From Tubiluchus corallicola (taxonomy: Eukaryota > Animalia > Priapulida), in NCBI GenBank assembly GCA_030141605.1, contig JAQGDQ010000843.1, forward strand, positions 1 through 64,000: a stretch of DNA of 64,000 bases. Reading direction: 5' to 3'. Shown piece after piece: positions 54,515-64,000 of the stretch. The position numbers were made by a program, and so were the translations under genes. How positions within the stretch are numbered: position 1 is the stretch's first letter; each line of letters opens with the position of its first letter. The notes beneath the pieces are model-generated. The model saw only the letters and a program-made list of their open reading frames with translations. It had not been told where the DNA came from and ran no database searches.

Positions 54515-55575
54515 ACACCTGTTGAGGCCACGATGCGTCATCCCTCAAATCTGGAATTGAATTTGCTAAATGTTTTTGCAACAAATCTATTTACGATAGT
54601 AGCTGACCTCTTCTTGGCTTTTTTGTCGTTTCAAGAGCTGTAGGTAATGCTATAGGAAGAGGAGACTCTTTAGGTAATCTTAGTGTATGCTCAATCCAAT
54701 GCAATCTTCTTGCTTGTATTTGTTTACTGCAAGGATTTTTCTTGACCACATCATACAGGTCATCATTGGATATTCTGTCAGGCCATTTAATCTTAGTACA
54801 TGCTCAGTCCAATGCAATCTTCTTACTTATATTTGTTTACTCTAAGGATTCTTCTTGACCACATCGTACAGATCATCATTGGATATTCTGTTAGACCATT
54901 TAGTCTTAGTGCCTGCTCAATGCAATGCAATCTTCTTGCTTGTATTTGTTTACTCCAAGGATTCTTCTTGACCACATCATACAGATCATCATTGGATATT
55001 CTGTCAGACCATTTAATCTTAGTGTATGCCCAATCCAATGCAATCTTCTTGCTTGTATTTGTTTACTCCAAGGATTCTTCTTGACCACATCATACAGGTC
55101 ATCATTGGATACTCTGTCAGACCATTTAATCTTAGTGTATGCCCAATCCAATGCAATCTTCTTGCTTGTATTTGTTTACTCCAAGGATTCTTCTTGACCA
55201 CATCATACAGGTCATCATTGGATATTCTGTCAGACCATTTAATCTTAGTGCATGCCAATCCAATGCAATCTTCTTACTTGTATTTGTTTACTCCAATGAT
55301 TCTTCTTGACCACATCATACACATCATCATTGGATATTCTGTCAGGCCATTTAATCTTAGTGTCTGTTCAATCCAATCCAATCTTGTTGCTTGTGTTTGT
55401 TTACTCTAAGGATTTTTCTTGACCACATCAATCTGATCATCATTGGATATTCTATCAGGCCATTTAATCTTAGTGTATGCCCAATCCAATGCAATCTTCT
55501 TACTTGTATTTGTTTACTCTAAGGATGCTACTTGACCACATCATATTGTCATTGCATATTCTGTCAGGCCATGTC
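54515..55575 (-). repeat. 113-bp tandem array (~8 copies) derived from an RTE LINE ORF2 C-terminus
   Basis: The unit encodes IKWSDRISNDDLYDVVKKNPWSKQIQARRLHWIGHTLR; the last unit runs on into LRLPKESP..KKPRRG..W at 54515-54680. Confidence 0.8.
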
Positions 55576-56828
55576 GTTCTGGTTCGCACACTAAAGTTGC
55601 TAAACTACTTGCTGATGCAATCAGACAACAATGCAACAAGTGCTGCCATCTATTAGTGATAATGCATACCTTACACATAGAAGTAAGTAAATAATAATAA
55701 TTCTAAAGGCAGTATCCTGTCTTTTCCCCTGCATACTAAATTAGCTTTATCAAAAAGCTCTGCGGGCTAAGCGGTTAGGAGGGATCCACCTTCTAACCTT
55801 CGTTTCGGAGAGAAGTCATTGCTCTCAACAGTTACTTCATCCGTGAAGGTAATGAGATCAGAGGAAAAAAGTTACGATTATTTTTGTCTAGGGTTATTGT
55901 TAGGGTTGGGGTTATCTCTTTTTACCTGTGACGTTTCTCTTGTGAGTTAATATCAAAGTGAAACGAATGTGTATATAATTTATGGTCACACGTACAGCTT
56001 GTACAAGTTTCGCTGTGCGCATGCGCAGTTACTTTAGGTCATAGGTTACGTGTACCACAACAATGTGTCTTAACTACAACCGTCACGTGACATGTACGTA
56101 AAGCAAGGCTATCTGCCGTCTCACCACTGCAACGCGTCTTAATTACAGCCGTCACATGACATGTGGGTAAAGCAAAGCTGTCTGTCGTATCAGTTTAGTA
56201 GCTTTTTTACTTGGACTTTACTTAATTATGCATTAGTCTGTCCGCAGAGTGATTTACTAGCGGAATTACAAAATCCTTTTACCTGTTACTTTATTACCTA
56301 GATTCACACTGGTCAGGCTTTATGAAATTCCACGAACTCCTAAGTTTTACGCTTCTATGTGTATTATATATAGTACATATGCGAATGAAATGTGTTATAT
56401 CCAGTAGAGTCCTGTCTATCTCTATTGCTTTCATTCTATTGTGACTGGTTATAATTTCTACCGGCACATCTGCAGATTGCAGACATCAGAACCTGTTTCC
56501 TTCTAATCCATTGACACAACAATTTTTTCTCTTTTTCAACATAATTCATGCGAGCATTCCACAAATACTTCAAAACTTCAAAGCGCCAATGAATTCATCG
56601 TGAATCATTTCAGTCGGTCGCCTGCTGCTGCTGCTGCTTTCAACTCTCAGCAGGGTAAAACAGGGTCGTTGTTCCCTCGCCTATCATGTACGATAAAACA
56701 TTGAGTAAAATATGTCACACCGCTCCATAATTTGTAATAACGGCTGATTTGTTATTACAGAAATTACACTTGTAAAGCGCAGCTGTAATGTGCTAACTTT
56801 TGCACACCACAAACAATTAACTTATTCG

Positions 56829-57245
56829 TTAAAGGACAAGAAAAGGGGCACCTGAAGTAGGTGTCAGAAAAATCGCCTTAAAAATTGTATTACTTTACAA
56901 CAATTTTATGCGTATATCGTACTCGCGTTGAAAGAAACTTTTGTTTATTTTCATTTAAAATCTCTCACGATACTGTTCCGACGGCGCCATGACATGACGC
57001 AAACGGACGTCAGGGGAAGAAAAGACAATATTAAATTATATCCTAAAAAACTTTCCATGCAAATCTGTATTTTGTGTATAAATTACTACTAGTACTATTG
57101 CTTAACGTTTCGCTTACTTGCTGGAAAGACTTATGTAACTAGTAATAATGATTTCAAATGTTTGTGCCAATTGTCCATGACTCACCTCCAGGGTGCGCCA
57201 CTCACGAACCAAAAACGTATTTTTAATCTTATTGACAAGATACAC
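56829..57245 (+). mobile_element. Dispersed TTAA-GG (Kolobok-like) DNA element end; inverted copy 60720-61163, other copies ~11650-12100 and ~26890-27100
   Basis: TTAAAGGACAAGAAAAGGGGCACCTGAAGTAGG versus the reverse complement of CCTACTTCAGGTACCCCTTTTCTTGTCCCTTTA. Confidence 0.6.
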
Positions 57246-57258
57246 TAATTTAAAATTT

Positions 57259-57685
57259 TACTTGTGTAACCTGCGTAACTTGTACAAACTGTACGTGTGA
57301 CTTGTGTAACTTGTACAAACTGTACGTGTGACTTGTGTAACTTGTACAAACTGTACGTGTGACTTGTGTAACTTGTACAAACTGTACGTGTGACTTGTGT
57401 AACTTGTACAAACTGTACGTGTGACTTGTGTAACTTGTACAAACTGTACGTGTGACTTGTGTAACTTGTACAAACTGTACGTATGACTTGTGTAACTTGT
57501 ACAAACTGTACGTGTGACTTGTGTAACTTTTACAAACTGTACGTGTGACTTGTGTAACTTGTGTAACTTGTACAAACTGTACGTGTGACTTGTGTAACTT
57601 ATACAAACTGTACGTGTGACTTGTGTAACTTTTACAAACTGTACGTGTGACTTGTGTAACTTATACAAACTGTACGTGTGACTTG
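57259..57685. repeat. 31-bp minisatellite, ~14 copies
   Basis: Unit ACTTGTGTAACTTGTACAAACTGTACGTGTG. Confidence 0.95.
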
Positions 57686-57998
57686 AGTTGTTCGTGTGCG
57701 TAAATTATACACATATTCGTTTCACTTTGACTTTAACTCACTGAATGAATCGAAGCGATCTATTCAACACTTTTCCTACAGCAGGTGTTTATCAGTCTGA
57801 ATCAGGGGCTCATTTGTTACATTTCCCGCCAAATTTCCTTCCGGTATTAGGTCGTAGCGACTCCTCCCTATGTCAATAGATTCGGATTTCGTGTCTGATA
57901 ATTATTATTAATGATGTAGAGAGGTTGAAGGTTGAACAAATGAAATTCAAAATGCTTACAAGTGTTAATCTACTAGACCCAATGGGAAAAGCGCATAG

Positions 57999-58280
57999 TT
58001 CATAGTTCCTGTCCTGCCAACTTTGCTAATGTTGATCTGCGCAGCTTTTCAAACGCTTCTTTAATTCCCAAAAGTCGCACTTTTCATATTGAGTAACCTC
58101 TTTTGTTTTCCTAAAATCGCCGCACAGACTGGCAACTTCATAGTTCCTGTCCTGCCAACTTTGCTAATGTTGATCTGCGCAGCTTTTCAAACGCTTCTTT
58201 AATTCCCAAAAGTCGCACTTTTCATATTGAGTAACCTCTTTTGTTTTCCTAAAATCGCCGCACAGACTGGCAACTTCATT
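57999..58280. repeat. Perfect 138-bp tandem duplication
   Basis: Units start at 57999 and 58137. Confidence 0.9.
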
Positions 58281-59210
58281 GCAGACTTGTAAATTTTACT
58301 ACGTTAATTTGTATTTCCTGAAACCGAACCGGAAATACAGTAGCGTTTGCAGACGTACTCGTATCCTGTGTTATTTCCGGTAATGTATCTCGTAAAGCTG
58401 CAAGAAACATCCATGTTGACGGTTATTGTCTGAGATAAAACTCGTTGAAGCTGTTGCCTCTTCACGCTTCTGAAAGTGGTGGCATAAAATCGATCTTACG
58501 AAATGAAATTGGTGTTTGATTTGTGACATCTTCAAATTTAATTCAATGTATAAATGTGAGGCTAATTGTCCATTCCCCCCCCCCCGCCCCCGTGTTCAAT
58601 ATACGACAAAACCACTTAGTTGGGCAGTGCGCGCACGCGTGTGCGTACGTGTGTGTGTGTGTGTGTGTGTGTTTGGCACAAGTGAAGCAGTGCTGTGTCT
58701 GTTTAGCAGTTAAGTGAATGGGTGACCCAAGGTTAAACGTGTCCTGGGCAGTTTTAATTCGTCACACTGCTAGACTTCTGAATTCAATTCGTAAGAATAA
58801 CAATGAGAAAAACGAAAAAGAAATGTTAGAAATTACTCACAACAATGGCAGTTGTTACTGTCCATTACAGGAATTCTCACCACAGTTTCGTGTAAAATGA
58901 ACTGTGTTTGCGAATGACGTAAGTTAATGAAATTATTTGTGGTGTGCTAATGATTCGCGTTAGTTTTTTATTAAAAAAAATTTATAGCAGACACTTATCG
59001 TCACGACTCAACCCTTGGTGTCACATGGGTTTTGACACTGGAAATTGTAAAACTTTTTGTGCTGTGCTAAGACTTTTGGGTAAAGTCTACTATTTGCCGG
59101 GCACGTTTTACAAAATTTCTAAAGCACTTTTCAGAAATTAGACTGTGTAGCGAAAGACTCAGCAAAAGTTAACGATAATGTTGGTCTTAAATTAGAACTT
59201 ATAAATGATT

Positions 59211-59675
59211 TTAACCCGTTCAGTCCCAAATTATTTTTTAATAAGAAAAATTTTTTGGCTTTGTACTTTTGTTCAGTATGTCCATCTTGTTTACACATAA
59301 TAATTATTTTTTTCTACCCTTTCCCGCATGCTAAATATAGCCTGTATCCCACGGGATACATTGGGATTCAATAGAAGCATAAAATGTGCTTCATTTTGCA
59401 ACTGCTGATAATTTTTTAAAGTATTTAAGACATTTAGTATGCATGCTATGCTGATCTGTACAAAGTCGTTTCTAAAGTACTGTACCTTGCGCTGTTTTTC
59501 ATGCTATGTAGATTTTCTAGTTTGCCATTTTATCACCATTTTAGTCTATTATTATTGGCTTAAATCAAAATAACTATTAACAGATCAAATAACTGTCAGT
59601 TTTAAAATTTTATTAATTTTAAAGGCAGAAAATATTCTCGTATCCCACGGGATACAACGGGTATGAAAGGGATAA
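59211..59675. mobile_element. piggyBac-like MITE
   Basis: TTAA|CCCGTTCA ... TGAAAGGG|ATAA ends; the internal palindrome GTATCCCACGGGATAC occurs twice (59344, 59640). Confidence 0.55.
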
Positions 59676-62112
59676 GTATGATATATTCGCCCAGATGCAG
59701 CTGCTGTCTACCTACTGTACCTGCTATAAGTTATGTCATATTATATAATGACTATTGCAAAGTTCAGCGTTTAAGTTTATATAGACCACAAAATATTGTT
59801 GACATTATCTTATGTTAACGTCTATGTAAATAGTCTACTGTTCCCAAGAGATACGAGCGGTGCACTTTCAACTGAGTCACGCCTACTGCAACTATACGTT
59901 AATAGTATGTAATTAAAGGCTTAACCCTACTAGGACAATTTACAGGCGTGTTGTATACACTGTAATTATGACAACAGGGATAGAATTTTCTCTTGAAAAA
60001 ACAGCTTGACCTACACACGTGTGTGGTCACTATGGTGATGAGTGAGATGTCCACTCGAAGTTTTAATATTTGGGCAGCGTAGGCTCGTTGTATTTGGGTA
60101 GTGTGGGATCGCTGTATTTGCGAAAAGCATTTTTAGACCACGGAACAAAGTTCACGTTCTGTCTCAGCGACTGTTTATCTGTTACAAGCAAACAAGTGCT
60201 CGTTGTTTGTACTGGAATTTATGATGCTGTGAACTTAGCAGAATCGATTCAGTAGGTTTTATAGATCCAGTAGCGGCTACAGTAACCAAAAAGAAACGTA
60301 GAATGTCTTCCGCAAGCATAAAAATAATATTTGTTCAGTGTTACGATTATTACCTAACCTTTTTAACAGTCTACCAAGATTAGGCATAAGTTTGATTAAC
60401 ACTTGACTATGGTATAAACTTGCCAAGTGTTTCTAGTACAATGCTGCGCACCTGCTTTCTTACCTTAAAGCACAAGAAAATCCCCGCTTACACAAAATTT
60501 GAAAAATTCTATACCACATACACACTCTTTTTTGCATACAGGGCTTGCGTCAGCAGTAACGCAAAAACTTGTAAATTTAAGTTCCCATGATGACCGTTAG
60601 ACGCAGCCATTTTGATGGTAGGTCGTTTGAAACAAGTTTAGATAACACTGAGTAAAGTTTGAAACAATAATCAGACCATTCGAAGCGCCTACGTCGCTAA
60701 CTAAGTAAAATTTTAAATTACTGTATCTTGTCAATAAGATTAAGAATAAGTTTTTTGGTTAGTGAGTGGTGCACCCTGGAGGGTGAGTCAGCGACATTTT
60801 ACCAATTAGTGAAAATTTTTTAAATAATTAATAATTTTCTTTTGTAGTTACACATGTCTTTCAAGCAGCTAAGCGAACTGCTAAGTAACATAACTTTGCA
60901 TAAAAAGTTTTTTGAGCCATACTTTAACATTTCCTTTTCTTTCCCTGATTTACGTTGTGCATATATGACGTCATGTAATGGTGCCGTCAAAACACTATTG
61001 CGGGAGATTTAAAATGAAGACAAATAAATAATCTTTTCAGCACGAGTACGATATACGTTTAATATTTTCCTAAATATAATTTTATATAACTATAAAATGA
61101 TATAACTTTTTAATGTGATTTTTCTGAAACCTACTTCAGGTACCCCTTTTCTTGTCCCTTTAGTTTGGCGGATTCGGTCCAGTCTGGAACCTTGCAGTCC
61201 CTCTCTGTCCCTTGCTTGACTATCGTGCATAAATTCATTAAAATGGACGATGCAACAACTTTTTAATTAGCTTCGTTTCGGGAGGAACAAAATTTCTCAT
61301 AATTGCTGTAGCGAATTATCAGACGGGCAGGAAACTTGTGTGACATCCGGTGATTCCCCAAGACGTACATCCTACAATGAACTTGCCGGCAACTACATCA
61401 GCGATTTTAAACATCCGTCTTAGTTAATTAATTTCAAACGTTGAATTAAAACTGTGAAAGTATTCGTAGTAGTGTTTGTGTAATGATAAGAGTTTGTTCA
61501 TTAATCGTAATTTACATAAATCGCAATAGATGGCACTGCAATGTTATAATTGATTCAGCGTCAGAGTTTGAGCGCATGTTCATTGTTATTTTTGTTTTGA
61601 TTTAAACACAGTCATTTTATCCGATTTTATCTGATGTTTATTAAACCATCCTATCATTTACTATAATTTGATTTAGTTTTTGATTTACTATAATGATATA
61701 CAAACGTATAACTGTCGATTGTATGAGCGATAACTGTCTTTTTTTTGTCTATAAGAAGAGATAGTTGGCATTAATAATGAATACGTGAGGTACAGTAATT
61801 ATATCAATCTCTTTTCTGCCACTGAAAAAACGTGAAAGAAAGAACAATTGTAGACACCAGACAAATGAACACGAACATTATTTTATCTGTTAGTTAGTCC
61901 CGAGATTAAAAAATTCATGTTTGGTCATTCATGTAATAACAATTCCACTATCTATATTGTTAATTATTATCATTAATTAACTATGACTTTGCAGTTGTGG
62001 GGTTTGTAGTTAATATTATTTTCTGTTGATTTTATTACTGTAGAAAAAGTGTAATGATGACAATTGACCTAAAAAACTTAGAAAACGACAACTGTTTAAT
62101 CAATCGCAGAAG

Positions 62113-62510
62113 CCTTGCCATAATGATAAAGTTTGTCGTAATTTTTAATCATGTAAATGGAACATGTCTCCTTGCCATAATGATAAAGTTTGTATCATGT
62201 AAATGGAACATGGCTCCTTGCCATAATGAAAAAGTTTGTCGTAATTTTTAATCATGTAAATGGAACATGTCTCCTTGCCATAATGATAAAGTTTGTATCA
62301 TGTAAATGGAACATGGCTCCTTGCCATAATGAAAAAGTTTGTCGTAATTTTTAATCATGTAAATGGAACATGTCTCCTTGCCATAATGATAAAGTTTGTA
62401 TCATGTAAATGGAACATGGCTCCTTGCCATAATGATAAAGTTTGTCGTAATTTTTAATCATGTAAATGAAACATGGCTCCTTGCCATAATGATCAAGTTT
62501 GTCGTATTTT
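62113..62510. repeat. Alternating 57/46-bp repeat (103-bp dimer)
   Basis: CCTTGCCATAATGA at 62113, 62170, 62216, 62273, 62319, 62376, 62422 and 62479. Confidence 0.9.
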
Positions 62511-62640
62511 TCAACATGGCTTTGATTTTACTTGAATCTAACTTTAACTAGGACCATCTACGAGCATCAATGAATTGAATTTCCAACTTTAGAAATAGAA
62601 ATCTCTTGTTTGTGCTTCTCACTTTTCCGTTTTCTTTCAG

Positions 62641-62777
62641 TTACAATCAAAATATGATCCACAATTGGCCAGCGACCTCTGTCGATGGGTAGAGAAAATT
62701 ATCGGTGAGAATATTGACTGTGATGGCGACAAGAAGCAATTTCACGACACTTTCAAAGATGGAGTCATTTTATGCAA
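62641..62777 (+). CDS. Calponin/transgelin/myophilin-like gene, exon 2 (start of CH domain); gene continues beyond the window
   Basis: ttttctttcag|LQSKYDPQLASDLCRWVEKIIGENIDCDGDKKQFHDTFKDGVILC(K)|GTAAGT. Contains the SKYD..W..KDGVILC calponin-homology signature and is in frame with exon 1 across a 12.8-kb intron. Confidence 0.9.
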
Positions 62778-63597
62778 GTAAGTTGCCTTCCAGCCGTTCA
62801 GCTTATGAAGCGTTTTCATCATGGATCTGCCTTGGGGCGTAGCCTTGGTATAAAACAGCAGTTTGTTGCACTCGCTTCTGCGAAGTAAAGGTTGTGGGTT
62901 TGATTCCATGTCATTCTTAAACCAGTTAGAATGTAATCATGCAAGAATGGAATTCCCAAGTAGTGGCTTATCTGTGTGACCAGAAAATCTCCTGATGCGT
63001 ATGGGAATGCGTAAGGAGGGCGGGGGTAGTCTAGGAGTTCGTCCTGACAGTGGCGTTGCTAAAGCAACTGCTCCCCCTAGCACGTTTTTTCGAAAACGGC
63101 GCCTTTTTAACAATTTTTTGATTATTTAGTTCATTTGTGCGATTGCTGAATGATCCTTTAGTCTGTTAAACAGATAAAGTTCTACCTTCTTTCTACAATG
63201 GTCGAGGCTAGATTGTCTGAGTTACCTTTGCTCTCCATTTAAAGAGAGTTGGTTACTCAGGTGGATTAATAAAATTATAGATTACTTTGCTAAAGTAGAT
63301 TATTATGGTACCTTCGTGACACTGTGTTTTGCCATCCAGACATTTTAAAGTAAGAATATGTTCTCGCTTGATTATTTCGTCTAGAAATGGCAAAAAAATC
63401 TCCCCGATCCAGCATTAGAGACCATATTTGTGCCTCTGGCCGTGAGCTGATTTTAATAATTTCAGCATTGTGACCAGAGCTACAAATAAGTGGGACTTAT
63501 TAATAAAAGAAAGTTTATTAATGTACCCTAATAAGCCTTCTCTTAATGTACGAAGCAGTTCAATTCCTTTAGCTTTATTTTCAAACACTTAGCTATT

Positions 63598-63830
63598 TGT
63601 TACTGTATCAATTTCTTTTCTTCAGGTCTGTTTAATCATTACCTATTTGGCTTTTGTAAATACATAATTAGTGCTTAAGTTGCTGTATCAATTTATCTAC
63701 TGGCCTGCTTAATCATTACCTATTTGGCTTTTGTAAATACATAATTAGTGCTTAAGTTACTGTATCAATTTCTTTACTGGTCTGTTTATTCATTACCTAT
63801 TTGGCTTCTGTTAATTACTTAATTAGTGCA
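63598..63830. repeat. ~80-bp tandem repeat, 3 copies
   Basis: CTGTATCAATTT..CATTACCTATTTGGCTT..AATTAGTGC repeated. Confidence 0.85.
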
Positions 63831-63849
63831 TAATAGGGTCTGTCTATAT

Positions 63850-63995
63850 AAACTGGTTGTACGTTTGTAAATTTACCACTGATGATGACAGCAGAGGTGT
63901 GTTGAAACGTTTGACATGATTTTTAACTATGTAAAGTAAAAGTTTCAATAAAGTTGTGCTGTTTTTAACTACAAATGTTTTTAAGTGTCTGTTTA
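63850..63995 (+). mobile_element. Penelope-like pseudo-LTR fragment with a hammerhead-like core
   Basis: CCACTGATGATGACAGC..TGTTGAAACGTT; the downstream part is also present inverted at ~18250-18325. Confidence 0.5.
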
Positions 63996-64000
63996 AAAAA

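Noticed and set aside
62113-62510. CRISPR-like repeat-spacer pattern
   Set aside because: The intervening sequences are themselves repeated, the context is eukaryotic, and there are no cas genes.

Overview
AT-rich, intron-containing animal DNA. It is an invertebrate, and a lophotrochozoan origin is suggested only by the repeat families. Most ORFs in the supplied track are artefacts of micro- and minisatellites, so I reconstructed the real genes by hand from GT-AG exons. (1) A small + strand orphan gene (~133 aa, 15.5-19.4 kb) with a TATA/Inr promoter. (2) Two intact, tandem, minus-strand divergent annexin genes (copy A 35814-42824, copy B 24175-32023; 8 core exons each) plus a frameshifted relic exon of a third copy (23297-23477). 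(3) Directly upstream of copy A on the same strand, two clean exons encoding a signal peptide, a propeptide and a trypsin-type activation site (R-IIGGEDAADGEFPFM). I found no protease catalytic exons, and the phase-0 donor fits the phase-0 acceptor of annexin A. (4) The first two exons of a + strand calponin/transgelin/myophilin-like gene (49814-62777). The rest is LINE fragments, MITEs, Helitron/Helentron-like elements, SINE heads and satellites. Two observations stand out: the annexin paralogues are far more divergent in exons (~71% aa identity, up to 30% nt divergence) than in adjacent introns (~2% or less where counted), and they may be secreted through a borrowed protease pre-pro leader.
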